IMG/VR virus record: IMGVR_UViG_3300022539_000112
Span: 1 to 48,430 of that record
Length of the DNA stretch: 48,430 nt
From: a virus
Taxonomy: Duplodnaviria > Caudoviricetes
Reading direction: 5' to 3' (one strand)
Position numbers and translations under genes: made by a program. Positions 18,213 through 28,002 of this stretch are shown in pieces (position 1 is the stretch's first letter; each line of letters begins with the position of its first letter). The notes beneath the pieces were generated by a model. That model was not told where the DNA came from, did no database searches, and saw only the letters and a list, made by a program, of their open reading frames with translations.

Positions 18213-18866
18213 ATGGCGGGTGTATTAAACATGCGGGATGTTATCTTGTTCGACCTTTGGCCAGGCACTCCAGACCCTAATTTGAGTTGCCCTACCGAGG
18301 GATTTGATGCAAGTACGCAGTGTTCGTCAACGCCGGTCTGGCCGTTAGGTACCAAGATTCAGACGTATAATGATTCAACATACGGCCCAGGTTACTTCAC
18401 TATGATTTACCTGCAATTTGTTGAAGCAAGTGGTGCAGCTCAAGACGTTGGCGATATATCGGACGGTTATAACTGTTGTGCCCACGTTCTTGACGTTTGT
18501 GCAAATCTTCCAGGTACGACGGTAGAATACTGGTATATGGTTACGAACTGCCTGACTGATTCTGATGGTACCAAGGGTGCACCGATAGCTTTTCCTGTCT
18601 ATGACTTATCAGGTATGGAAGGCACAACGGGGCAGAACGAATGCGGCTGGTTCTGGTGCGGGGGAGTTAATCCCTGTATCACGACCTCGGCTACTAATAC
18701 TGCTGATTGTACGCGGATGGCTGCTGAAATGCTTACTGACGGCAATATTACCCAAGGTATGCAAATGGCTATTGATGGCGGTGGAGCAACTACGTGTTTT
18801 GCTCCTTATGTTGCAGCGGCAAGTCTCCAAAAAGCAGTTGGACTTGCCCTTGTTGCCGATGTTTAG
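18213..18866 (+). CDS. capsid decoration-like protein, paralog 4
   Basis: Same motif set; 38-nt identity 18636-18673 with 17967-18004. Confidence 0.7.
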   Translation: MAGVLNMRDVILFDLWPGTPDPNLSCPTEGFDASTQCSSTPVWPLGTKIQTYNDSTYGPGYFTMIYLQFVEASGAAQDVGDISDGYNCCAHVLDVCANLPGTTVEYWYMVTNCLTDSDGTKGAPIAFPVYDLSGMEGTTGQNECGWFWCGGVNPCITTSATNTADCTRMAAEMLTDGNITQGMQMAIDGGGATTCFAPYVAAASLQKAVGLALVADV

Positions 18867-18884
18867 AAAGAAAGGAAACTAATT

Positions 18885-19169
18885 ATGGCAGGTTTTGATT
18901 TAGATACACAAAGGTCGTTTACTCTTCCTGGTGGTGGTCGTGGCGAATCCGGTTACTTTGATGTTAGTACGGGTAGTCGGTCGGTAGAAGTTCCCACCAG
19001 ATTAACGAGTTGTTACGCTGGTACGGCGGTTGCTAAGACTAATTCGACAAAACATAGTCTAATAGCAACTACTGATTGCGCTATTACGGCAGGTGCGATT
19101 ACGTTCTGGCGGCACGGTCAATACATACAGGAAGATGTTCGTTATTACTACGAATTAAAAGGTTGGTAA
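18885..19169 (+). CDS. small virion structural protein
   Basis: AAGGA RBS, end of capsid block. Confidence 0.7.
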   Translation: MAGFDLDTQRSFTLPGGGRGESGYFDVSTGSRSVEVPTRLTSCYAGTAVAKTNSTKHSLIATTDCAITAGAITFWRHGQYIQEDVRYYYELKGW

Positions 19170-19182
19170 TCTGTCCTTCTCA

Positions 19183-19224
19183 GGTTGGATGCAGGCAGGG
19201 CGCCCTGTCTGTATCTGACCGTTT
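19183..19224 (+). terminator. long hairpin ending the capsid block (terminator or processing site)
   Basis: ~17 bp stem GGTTGGATGCAGGCAGG/CCTGTCTGTATCTGACC, short T tail. Confidence 0.55.
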
Positions 19225-19235
19225 AAGGAGATGAT

Positions 19236-19940
19236 ATGGCTCTTACAGGCGCAGAACTTATAGACGAAGTTCAAGCGGTTACAGGCAGGACTGCTTCCGG
19301 TGAACCTTTGGCAGATGTTACCAGATGTATCCGGTGGATTAACGAGGGACAGGAGAAAATAGCCCGTGAATGTGTTAATTTAGAATGTCTATCTTTCGAT
19401 AATAGAAGTTCTATAGATACTACTCAAACCTTGAGATATGCAGTTGCCGATATTACAGTTGGCGACGCTTCTACGCTGGAGCGGGTCAACCGGATATTCG
19501 ATGTTTATTATTTAGACGGCCTTGAATCGAGAAAACTTACATATATGTTTACTGACGATTTCGATGCCGAATATCCAGACCCAACTCATACTAACGTAGC
19601 GAAGGACAGACCTACTCATTGGACTCGCAGGGGTAACAATATTGAGATATTCCCTTTGTGTTTAACTGCGTATTGCAATGACGATTTGAGATTTATAGGG
19701 GACTTTTGGCCTCACGATTTGTCCGTTGCTGATACTACATATAGCGATATAAGTGGGGGGGACGAGGGTTTGATTGCTTACGCTGCTTGGAAAGTGTGGG
19801 GCGCTATCGGTAGCCCAAAGGGAACTCTGGAAGCGTTAAAATGGAAAAAGGCTTTTAATGACTGGCTTGATGATTTCAAGACTGACAACGAAACTCTTCA
19901 CGAATGGGACGGAAATATGTATGGGAACGCCATCGAGTGA
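19236..19940 (+). CDS. head-tail adaptor (tail tubular protein A-like)
   Basis: RWINEGQEKIAR, RPTHW...IEIFP, LIAYAAWK pattern of podovirus adaptors. Confidence 0.75.
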   Translation: MALTGAELIDEVQAVTGRTASGEPLADVTRCIRWINEGQEKIARECVNLECLSFDNRSSIDTTQTLRYAVADITVGDASTLERVNRIFDVYYLDGLESRKLTYMFTDDFDAEYPDPTHTNVAKDRPTHWTRRGNNIEIFPLCLTAYCNDDLRFIGDFWPHDLSVADTTYSDISGGDEGLIAYAAWKVWGAIGSPKGTLEALKWKKAFNDWLDDFKTDNETLHEWDGNMYGNAIE

Positions 19941-20220
19941 TTTTGTCTGTGGTTTCGATTGTCCGGTAAAGCCAGGTGGCGGTTTTATTCCAATTTGCTG
20001 CCAAAATTGCAAAAAAGCAAGAAAGTCTTTCGTAACAGATACGAATAAGCATTTATGGGATAAGAACAGAGGATTTCATTCGCCGGAAGGATGCAGATTG
20101 CCGAGAGAAGATATGCCTTTAGAATGCAAAACTTACGATTGCAGGCGTTATAATTTCAAAGTCAAACGTACATGGGCTGGTTGTTGGAGAGATATTTGTG
20201 TCTCTGAAGATAATAGCTGA
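19921..20220 (+). CDS. Cys-cluster protein (YkgJ-like?)
   Basis: CCQNC...GCRL...PLECKTYDC. Confidence 0.5.
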   Translation: MGTPSSDFVCGFDCPVKPGGGFIPICCQNCKKARKSFVTDTNKHLWDKNRGFHSPEGCRLPREDMPLECKTYDCRRYNFKVKRTWAGCWRDICVSEDNS

Positions 20221-21031
20221 TATGGGTGCCGAGCATCAACAGTCCTTTCAAAAGGCTCTAAAGATAGTGTGGGCTGCTGCCGAGGCCGGTGCCGATGCTC
20301 TAAAAATCCAAATGTTCACTCCTAAAGATATGACCTTGGATAGCTTGGATGAGAGATTCGTTATAAAAGAAGAGCAATGGTCGGGGCAGACTTTATATGA
20401 ACTATATGAGAAAACTTGTATGCCTTACGATTGGGTACCGCACTTAAAAGAGCATACCGAGACGAGGGGAATGGAATTTATAGTTACGGTTTTTCACCCC
20501 AGAACCGTCCCTATTGCCGAAAAAATGGGTATTACGACCTATAAAGTGGCCTCATTTGAAATAAATTACTTAAATCTCATAAAAAGTATTGACGGAACGG
20601 ACAAGCCGGTTATAGTAAGTACCGGCTCGGCCACCTATAAGGAAATAGAAGCCGTAGTTAAAATATTGAGAAGGAACTTGACTTTGTTAAAATGCACTTC
20701 AAAGTATCCCGCCCCTATCGAATCAATGAACCTAAAATCCATTCCCGCACTGGAGCATTGCTTTAAGGTTCCTGCAGGTCTATCCGACCACACAACCGGC
20801 ATTGTAGCTCCGGTGGTAGCCGTGAGTTTGGGTGCTACGGTAATCGAAAAGCATATCACTATTGACGGCAAGGGTATGGATGGTTCGTTTGCTATTTTAC
20901 CCGATAGATTTGCCGTTATGGTGCAAGCGATAAGAGAAGCGGAAAAGTCTTTAGGTGAGATAGAATGGGGCGGCGAGCGGTCTTATCATAGACAAGAGAT
21001 AGAAGGCGAAATGGTAAGGGCAGTATGCTAA
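20198..21031 (+). CDS. pseI: nonulosonic acid synthase (NeuB/PseI family), lacking C-terminal SAF domain
   Basis: GADALKIQ, YKVASFEI, KPVIVSTG, LLKCTSKYPAP, GLSDHT, VIEKH. Confidence 0.9.
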   Translation: MSLKIIADMGAEHQQSFQKALKIVWAAAEAGADALKIQMFTPKDMTLDSLDERFVIKEEQWSGQTLYELYEKTCMPYDWVPHLKEHTETRGMEFIVTVFHPRTVPIAEKMGITTYKVASFEINYLNLIKSIDGTDKPVIVSTGSATYKEIEAVVKILRRNLTLLKCTSKYPAPIESMNLKSIPALEHCFKVPAGLSDHTTGIVAPVVAVSLGATVIEKHITIDGKGMDGSFAILPDRFAVMVQAIREAEKSLGEIEWGGERSYHRQEIEGEMVRAVC

Positions 21032-21867
21032 ATAACAAGAAAATCCTAATCACAGGCGGAACAGGTTCGCTTGGTAACGCATTAGTAGGGAAGATATGCA
21101 CAGATTATAAACCTGAAAAGCTCATTATCTTTTCGAGGGACGAGTACAAGCAGAAATTGATGGCTGAGAAGTTTGACTATTATCCTTGTCTGCGGTTCTT
21201 TTTAGGTGATGTCCGTAATGTAACCAGACTTAAAGAAGTATGCAGGGACGTTGATATAGTAATTCACACAGCCGCCTTAAAGCAAATCCCCACGCTTGAG
21301 TACAACCCCACCGAAGCCATAAAGACCAATGTTGATGGTACTGTGAACGTAGTAGAGGCTTGTATCGCTTGTGATGTAGATAGGGCGGTTCTAATATCAA
21401 CGGACAAGGCTGTTAATCCTATAAATCTTTACGGAGCTACGAAGTTATGCGCTGAGAAAGTATTCCTTGCCGCCAATTCGTTTAATAAGACGAAGTTCTC
21501 GGTAGTCAGATATGGCAATGTCTTAAATTCCAGAGGTTCGGTAATTGAGCATTTTCTAAAGTTGAAAGAACAGGGGGCAAAAGAGTTTCCGATAACCGAT
21601 AAGAATATGACGAGGTTTTGGATAACTTTAGAAGATGCCGCAAGTTTAGTTTTAACTTCTTTGAGCAATGGAGAATTGACAATTCCAAAGTTGCCGTCAA
21701 TGAAAATGGTTGATATAGCAAAGGCCATAGACCCAAATTGTGAATTGAAAGTTACAGGTATAAGGCCAGGGGAAAAACTTCACGAATGCTTGAAAGAAGG
21801 TTATACCAGTGACGGTAACGATTGGTGGCTAACACCAGAAGAATTGAGAAGGAAGATAGGAATATGA
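21025..21867 (+). CDS. pseB: UDP-GlcNAc 4,6-dehydratase (inverting) family
   Basis: ITGGTGSLG, FSRDEYKQ, HTAALKQIP, STDKAVNPINLYGATK, RYGNVLNSRGS, MTRFWI, GIRPGEKLHE. Confidence 0.93.
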   Translation: MLNNKKILITGGTGSLGNALVGKICTDYKPEKLIIFSRDEYKQKLMAEKFDYYPCLRFFLGDVRNVTRLKEVCRDVDIVIHTAALKQIPTLEYNPTEAIKTNVDGTVNVVEACIACDVDRAVLISTDKAVNPINLYGATKLCAEKVFLAANSFNKTKFSVVRYGNVLNSRGSVIEHFLKLKEQGAKEFPITDKNMTRFWITLEDAASLVLTSLSNGELTIPKLPSMKMVDIAKAIDPNCELKVTGIRPGEKLHECLKEGYTSDGNDWWLTPEELRRKIGI

Positions 21868-21980
21868 AGATATGGTTGTTTGCAATATTATTTGGATTGT
21901 TCGGCTCTGTATTGACGGTATGTATTTGTTTAGGCGTGATGTATGGTATTGAATGGTTAGGGAGTAAAATACACAAATGA
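21864..21980 (+). CDS. small membrane peptide (38 aa)
   Basis: ATGA overlap with pseB; single hydrophobic helix. Confidence 0.5.
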   Translation: MKIWLFAILFGLFGSVLTVCICLGVMYGIEWLGSKIHK

Positions 21981-21996
21981 TATCCAAAGGAGCAAA

Positions 21997-23259
21997 ATGT
22001 CTAACTGGCTAAAAACACTTGAAGTAATCCCCGATGGCGTTCAGACTCTTTCTAAGATGCCATCGAAGCACGTTGACGGAATATACCCAAAGTACATTAC
22101 TAAAGGCGATGGCGCCTACGTCTGGGGCGAAGACGATAAGAAATATATCGACTATCCCTGCGGACTCGGCGCCATCCTTTTGGGTTACAATAATCCGATA
22201 GTAAACAGGGCGATTATCGACCAGCTGAATAAGGGTGTTTTATTCTCACTTTCAAATTATCTTGAAACAGAATTAGCAGAAAAGATAGTTGATATTGTCC
22301 CATCCGCCGAACGAGTCAGATTCTTAAAGACGGGCAGTGAGGCTACTTCGGCTGCGGTCAAGATTGCCCGTGCCTATACCGGCAAGGAAGGGATAATCTG
22401 TATTGGTTATCACGGTTGGCACGATTGGTATAGTTTTACGACTACCAAGAACAAAGGAGTTCCCCAACAGCCAGTAGTCCAATGCAAGTACAATGATATT
22501 GATGCTATCATAGAGGCTTTCGATTATCAAAATAAAGAAACTGTCGGCATAGCTGCGGTCATTATGGAACCATACATTCTCGAAGAGCCGAAACAGGAAT
22601 ATTTACGCAAGGTCAGGAAGTTATGTGATCGTCACAATGCAGTATTGATATTCGATGAGATAATAACCGGCTTTCGTACTCTCGAATGGACTGCCCAAAA
22701 ATACTTCGATATAACGCCGGACTTAACCTGTCTGGGCAAGGCAATGGCTAATGGATTGCCAATTTCCGTTGTATGTGGCAAGAAAGAGCTAATGAAAGAG
22801 TTACAAGGTGACTGTTTTGTGTCTTCGACTTTCGGCGGGGAATTACTTTCGATTGCTGCTGCTCTTGCGACTATTAAAATAGTCGAGGAGCAAGGGGTTA
22901 TCAGGCAGATATGGGAGATGGGCGGTAGGTTCGTAGAAAGTTTTAAGATGATGGTCGGCACAATGAATCTAATTGATGGCGTTAGTATCATAGGGTATCC
23001 ACCTCGGACATTCTTTAAGTTTGAAACCGAAGCCCATAAGTCATTATTCTGGCAGGAATGCCTTAAAAAAGGAGTGTTATTTGGTTATGCCCAATTTATT
23101 AACTGGTCACACGGATTAGGTGAAATAGACCAAACTGTAATGGCAATGAGACACGCTTTAGGTATGGTCAGAAAATACTGGGAACATCCGATGGATGCTA
23201 TGGAAGGCCAAGTGGCGCAGGAAACTTTCAGATTAGTATGTGAGAAGGAGAAAAAATGA
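21997..23259 (+). CDS. class III PLP aminotransferase (glutamate-1-semialdehyde aminomutase-like)
   Basis: KTGSEAT, YHGWHDW, LIFDEIITGFR, PDLTCLGKAMANG. Confidence 0.92.
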   Translation: MSNWLKTLEVIPDGVQTLSKMPSKHVDGIYPKYITKGDGAYVWGEDDKKYIDYPCGLGAILLGYNNPIVNRAIIDQLNKGVLFSLSNYLETELAEKIVDIVPSAERVRFLKTGSEATSAAVKIARAYTGKEGIICIGYHGWHDWYSFTTTKNKGVPQQPVVQCKYNDIDAIIEAFDYQNKETVGIAAVIMEPYILEEPKQEYLRKVRKLCDRHNAVLIFDEIITGFRTLEWTAQKYFDITPDLTCLGKAMANGLPISVVCGKKELMKELQGDCFVSSTFGGELLSIAAALATIKIVEEQGVIRQIWEMGGRFVESFKMMVGTMNLIDGVSIIGYPPRTFFKFETEAHKSLFWQECLKKGVLFGYAQFINWSHGLGEIDQTVMAMRHALGMVRKYWEHPMDAMEGQVAQETFRLVCEKEKK

Positions 23260-23495
23260 AGTTACTTAAAAAGAAAATAGATAAATATAATTGTAAATGG
23301 AATAAGCCTGATGAAAGTGCTCCATGGGAATATCAAGAATGTCATTGTCCCGATAAATCATACGGATTTGTTGATACTCCAAATTTTTCAATGCCAATGA
23401 TATTTGATGTTTCCTGTGACCATCAAGCAAATTCTGGCCCCAGAAGTGGATTAGATTGTCCATATTTTGAAGAGGAAGAGAAGGAGAAAAATTGA
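23256..23495 (+). CDS. Cys-containing hypothetical protein
   Basis: Coupled ORF flanked by a 14-bp direct repeat. Confidence 0.65.
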   Translation: MKLLKKKIDKYNCKWNKPDESAPWEYQECHCPDKSYGFVDTPNFSMPMIFDVSCDHQANSGPRSGLDCPYFEEEEKEKN

Positions 23496-24103
23496 AACTT
23501 GAACCTCTTACTTTAGGACAATGTGAACAAGTACGTCTTTGGCGTAATGCCGAGATGGAAGTATGGCGTACACCATTTATGCTCACAGAGGAAATGCAGG
23601 TGGATTTCTACCAAAGATGCTGTGACCGAAATTCCCCGCATAGGTATTGGGCGATAGTTGCTGAAGAAGAAAAAGGAATAGATAGTCCAGAAAGTATTGC
23701 TGAAAGACAAGCCAAGTTTCTTATTAGACCTATTGGTTTTATCGGCATGGGTGGCATAACCTATATCCAATGGGAGAACCGAATAGGCGAGATAACTTTG
23801 ATAATAAATCCAGCATATCGGGATAAGCATTATGGCGAAGAAACAGTAGATTTACTCCTTGACCAAGCCTTCAATCATCTGAATCTCCAGACGGTTTTCG
23901 GAGAGGCATATATGTGCAATCCTTGGTGGGAATTTTGGAAGAAAGTGACACGTAAATATATTTATGAAGGCATAAGGGAAAAAGTTGGAACAGGTTGGGT
24001 AAATTTACCTAATCGTAAATATTGGCAAGGTCAATATTATTCAAGCTTATATTTTAGTATAGACAAAGATGACTTCAATAATAGTAACAAACAGGAACAG
24101 TAA
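23492..24103 (+). CDS. GNAT N-acetyltransferase (PseH/RimJ-like)
   Basis: VRLWRN, IGMGGITYIQWENRIGEI, AFNHLNL. Confidence 0.85.
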   Translation: MKLEPLTLGQCEQVRLWRNAEMEVWRTPFMLTEEMQVDFYQRCCDRNSPHRYWAIVAEEEKGIDSPESIAERQAKFLIRPIGFIGMGGITYIQWENRIGEITLIINPAYRDKHYGEETVDLLLDQAFNHLNLQTVFGEAYMCNPWWEFWKKVTRKYIYEGIREKVGTGWVNLPNRKYWQGQYYSSLYFSIDKDDFNNSNKQEQ

Positions 24104-24581
24104 CGGCGATATAACCAAGCGTGAAGATTTCACACCGGAGAAGTTGTTTCTTCTTAACGCTCTGGATTATATCTTCATACCTTTTTGGTCGTGGTATATC
24201 CCCGCCGAAATATACGAGAATTGGGAAGTAGTCATTTTTCACTGCACGGACTTGCCTTATGGACGGGGGGGCAGTCCGTTGCAGAATCTCATAGTTAGAG
24301 GCCACAAAGATACTAAGATAAGTGCTATTCGTTGCATTAAAGAAATTGATGCAGGTCCTATCTATATGCAGAGATATTTGCATATCGGTAAAGGAACGGC
24401 GAATGAAATATACGATAGAGCAGACAAGATAATACGAGAAGAAATGATACCTATTATTCTTAATATGAAACCCGAACCGAGACCACAGGTAGGCGAGCCG
24501 GTTTACTTTGATAAATGGGATTGTTCAACGGAAGATGTTATAAGAGCAGTAGCTACTGATTACGAGAGGGACAAAGGATGA
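24069..24581 (+). CDS. sugar N-formyltransferase (Fmt-like)
   Basis: FHCTDLPYGRGGSPLQNLI, IDAGPIY. Confidence 0.9.
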   Translation: MTSIIVTNRNSNGDITKREDFTPEKLFLLNALDYIFIPFWSWYIPAEIYENWEVVIFHCTDLPYGRGGSPLQNLIVRGHKDTKISAIRCIKEIDAGPIYMQRYLHIGKGTANEIYDRADKIIREEMIPIILNMKPEPRPQVGEPVYFDKWDCSTEDVIRAVATDYERDKG

Positions 24582-25360
24582 AGCTTGAAGAACTAACAGC
24601 TTTGTATAGTCCTCTTGATATTGAATATGCCCAGGCTATGTCCGGCCCTTACGAGGATTTATCTTTTAGGTCTGACGAAGTAACGGTTATAGCGGGGTTG
24701 AAAGACGGCAGGATTAGTGGTTTCTGGCGTCCTGTAGTCGCTGTGGGCGACGATAAGCTCCAAAAGCTACATATAGAGTGTCTTTACGATATATGCCGTA
24801 ATATCTACTATATGGACTTTCTAATAGACGGCAAGTTATCGGTGATAAGTCAGTTTCTTTTAAGGCACGGCCATAAGGCAAGGCCATATTATACGCAGAT
24901 TATAGATACGTCTAAAGACCCGGTTATTCTCCATATTGAGTTACGTAAAAGTTACAAGAGTTTAGTTAAGAAATATATGAATATAGAATATGGAGATATA
25001 AATGATTATAGATATTATCACGTTCGTACAACTAAGGAAAGGTGTGAGAAAAGTTGGGAAATCCAAGAGGAGATGATTTCAGACGGAGAAGCTGTGTGTA
25101 TGATAGATGGCGAGAATGCAGCGATACTAATATACAATAACGAATATTCTGCTTATTACGCAGGCGGTAAATCTACGACAGGTTTCAATACCCACGCTCT
25201 TATCTGGCAAGCAATCATAAGGAATAAGGGTAATATGTTTGAAATGGGCGAGCAAATATTTTCCAGTGACGAAAAACTCGTAAACATAAGCAAGTTCAAA
25301 CGTGGGTTTGGCGGTATGACCCAAACCCGACTAATTTTAGAGAAGGAGCAAAATGGCTAA
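24578..25360 (+). CDS. FemAB-like GNAT-fold acyl/aminoacyl transferase
   Basis: LRKSYKSLV, HALIWQAI, ISKFKRGFGG. Confidence 0.75.
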   Translation: MKLEELTALYSPLDIEYAQAMSGPYEDLSFRSDEVTVIAGLKDGRISGFWRPVVAVGDDKLQKLHIECLYDICRNIYYMDFLIDGKLSVISQFLLRHGHKARPYYTQIIDTSKDPVILHIELRKSYKSLVKKYMNIEYGDINDYRYYHVRTTKERCEKSWEIQEEMISDGEAVCMIDGENAAILIYNNEYSAYYAGGKSTTGFNTHALIWQAIIRNKGNMFEMGEQIFSSDEKLVNISKFKRGFGGMTQTRLILEKEQNG

Positions 25361-26726
25361 AAAGAAGGTAGCAAATAAAACTGTAGTACCGAAAAAGAAA
25401 ATCCTTATTCTTACCGCAAGCCCAAGGCGGGACATTCTGATAGACGAGCTTCTATCCGATGAGTTGCGGAAATTAGGTAACGATGTATGGGTTGCGCCCT
25501 GTTTACGTGAAGGCAGGGACAAGACTTTAGAGATTGAGCCTGATGTCGTACTCCTTCCGCCTATACGGAATATGTATAGCAGGGACTTTGCCGAGATGTT
25601 GAAAAGATGGGGCGTGGGTGTAGTTACGAGACATACCGAGCCAAGTTGCGATTGGGCTGATTTCAAAAGAATGGACGATAGGCAAAAGGCTGAGATATGG
25701 GGCAATATGCCGTACATAGCCGACTTGGAAATAGTCTGGGGCGATGATGAAGTTCAGATACTTGCCAAGAGGGGGTGTAGATTTCCGGTTCACGCGGTTG
25801 GTTCGTTTGCGACTGACATATATCTTAATCCCCGCTTCAAGAAAATATTCAAGCATCGAGATAAGTTCAACCAAAAATACAAGTTTGAGAAGTCCAAAAA
25901 AACGATATTGGTACAATCACCTTGGGGTTTTGCCGACCATTCGCCCGATTTGAGGATAGACGAGATAGACGAATTCAAAGAGGACATCGCCGGTAGGGAC
26001 AGGCATTTGGGTATGGTGGAACAATTACACAAGGCATTGGGCGATAAGTACAATATTCTCGTTACTACCCACCCAGGCGTTATTACTGAACCTTATAAGG
26101 AACGCCTTGATAAGCTGAAGATACCTCTTGATGTTGAATCTACGTCTTTGAAAATGATGTATAATTCGGATATTCTTATTCACGCCGGTTCGACTATGGC
26201 GGTTGGAGCGCATCTTCTCGGTATGCCAGCCTTCCAATTCGGCGATGCAAATGTAAAAGAATCTAAGAATTGGTGGAGCGACCATAACAAGATAATGTCG
26301 GAAATATCACCAATACTTGAGGTAAACTATTTAATTGAGAATATACGGAAAGCTTATTCTTTATCAAACGCCAACCTCAAAACTATCGAAGCTCTCGAAA
26401 AAGGCCGTTATGGCAAGATGGACGGCAAGGCTTACGAGAGGGCTGCGGTCTTAATAAATAAGGTTCAAGGCCATTTCAAGATGTGCTGGCCAAAGACACA
26501 TCGAGATTATAACCAGCTTACCATTGTCAAGTATCCACACCAGATATTGAATAGCGTGGTTTGTGGGATATGCAAAGAGCAATTCCAAGCAGTCAGCAAG
26601 GATTGGATTGATAAACTCTTAGTCAATATCGGCAAGGAGCACACTAACGACTTAAAACCGAAGTTCGGTACGTGCTGTCCTCATTGCGGCTCTAAGTTTA
26701 TCATGGGTAAGGGGATGATGATATGA
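25353..26726 (+). CDS. surface carbohydrate biosynthesis protein, putative GT-B glycosyltransferase
   Basis: ASPRRD, HTEP, VWG, THPG, LIHAGST pattern; C-terminal Zn ribbon. Confidence 0.65.
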   Translation: MAKKKVANKTVVPKKKILILTASPRRDILIDELLSDELRKLGNDVWVAPCLREGRDKTLEIEPDVVLLPPIRNMYSRDFAEMLKRWGVGVVTRHTEPSCDWADFKRMDDRQKAEIWGNMPYIADLEIVWGDDEVQILAKRGCRFPVHAVGSFATDIYLNPRFKKIFKHRDKFNQKYKFEKSKKTILVQSPWGFADHSPDLRIDEIDEFKEDIAGRDRHLGMVEQLHKALGDKYNILVTTHPGVITEPYKERLDKLKIPLDVESTSLKMMYNSDILIHAGSTMAVGAHLLGMPAFQFGDANVKESKNWWSDHNKIMSEISPILEVNYLIENIRKAYSLSNANLKTIEALEKGRYGKMDGKAYERAAVLINKVQGHFKMCWPKTHRDYNQLTIVKYPHQILNSVVCGICKEQFQAVSKDWIDKLLVNIGKEHTNDLKPKFGTCCPHCGSKFIMGKGMMI

Positions 26727-27355
26727 AGAGTAAAATCATAGACGCCGAAAAAGGTATTGTAGAGGTAACGCCAAAACGGAAAAAGGTAGCTATAATCGGT
26801 TGTGGTGCAGGTAGGGACAATGCTCCTTATGACGATAAGGAATGGGAATGTTGGGGCTTGAACGAAGTTGACCAGAAACGTGCCGATAGATGGTTTGAGA
26901 TACACGAGCTATATGCTTCAAGCGAAAAAGAAGTTGAATGGCTTAAAAAATGCAAGCAACCGATATATATGATAAAAGTATATCCCGAAATACCAATGTC
27001 GGTGTCTTATCCTCTGGTTGAAGTTACGATAGGAATGGGTAGTCCTACGTATTTCACTTGCACCTTTGCTTACCAAATAGCTCTTGCTATCTATGAAAAA
27101 TTTGAGGTAATTGGTATGTTCGGCGTGAACTTGCCTTATGGCTCGCCAAGAGAAAGACTTATAGAAACGCCCTGTACTGAATTTTGGCTTGGCGTAGCGG
27201 CTGGAATGGGTATAGAGATTCAGATTCCACCGGACGAATATCTTTTGCATCATCAGTATTTATACGGATACGAATATCAAGAGGAAATAGATTATACTAA
27301 GAAAAAAGTAGCTGCTATGTGGGGCAGAATGCAGACCGATTTGTACTTAAAATGA
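26723..27355 (+). CDS. Maf/DUF115-like, sialyltransferase-fold candidate transferase
   Basis: VAIIGCG...WGLN...DRWFEIH...AYQIALAIY...IGMFGVN. Confidence 0.6.
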   Translation: MKSKIIDAEKGIVEVTPKRKKVAIIGCGAGRDNAPYDDKEWECWGLNEVDQKRADRWFEIHELYASSEKEVEWLKKCKQPIYMIKVYPEIPMSVSYPLVEVTIGMGSPTYFTCTFAYQIALAIYEKFEVIGMFGVNLPYGSPRERLIETPCTEFWLGVAAGMGIEIQIPPDEYLLHHQYLYGYEYQEEIDYTKKKVAAMWGRMQTDLYLK

Positions 27356-28002
27356 AAACAGTTGTAGCGATAATTCAAGCCAGATTAGGTAGTACGAGAT
27401 TGCCGAACAAGGTACTCTTAAAGATACCGCCCGATAGCAATATAACCTGTTTGGGTAGGGTTATAGAAAGGCTCAAGAATTGTACGTTACTGGATGAGAT
27501 TATTTTAACTACGCCTGATAAAGAATTGTGTAAAATAGCTAAAAGTTACGGAATTATAAGCCGGAGATATTATGGCAAACGAGATGTTTTACGGGAATAT
27601 CGTGAAGTAATACGGGACTTTTCAGATGCCAATATTATTGTCAGGATTACTGCCGATTGCCCATTGATAGACCCTGATATAGTTGACCAGTGTATAGATG
27701 AATTTCTTGACAGTAATGTAGATTTAGTCTATAACACTGATGAGAGCAATGGTCAGTTAAATGGCGAAGGTAGTGATGTAGAAGTTTTTTCATCTCAAGC
27801 TCTCAGATGGACTTCTTTTGAAGCCAAAACGCCTTCTGACAGAGAACATATAACAAGGTATATGAGACGGACAATGAATACTAAATATGTACCTATGAAA
27901 AAGTTAGGAATCAAGAGTTTGAATACTTGGGAAGATTACCAAGATATTTGCAGGATATACGAAAATGAAGGTACTCATTGTAGCAGCCCATCCAGACGAT
28001 GA
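27352..28002 (+). CDS. cytidylyltransferase (SpsF/PseF/NeuA-like)
   Basis: IIQARLGSTRLPNKVL, VRITADCPLIDP, DREHIT; ATGA overlap start. Confidence 0.9.
   Translation: MKTVVAIIQARLGSTRLPNKVLLKIPPDSNITCLGRVIERLKNCTLLDEIILTTPDKELCKIAKSYGIISRRYYGKRDVLREYREVIRDFSDANIIVRITADCPLIDPDIVDQCIDEFLDSNVDLVYNTDESNGQLNGEGSDVEVFSSQALRWTSFEAKTPSDREHITRYMRRTMNTKYVPMKKLGIKSLNTWEDYQDICRIYENEGTHCSSPSRR

Noticed and set aside
17547-18866. Possible diversity-generating retroelement TR/VR pair
   Set aside because: Both copies are full genes, differences are not adenine-specific, and no reverse transcriptase is present in the window
21997-23259. hemL (tetrapyrrole synthesis) auxiliary gene
   Set aside because: The context is a sugar pathway, where this aminotransferase family also occurs; no other hem genes are present
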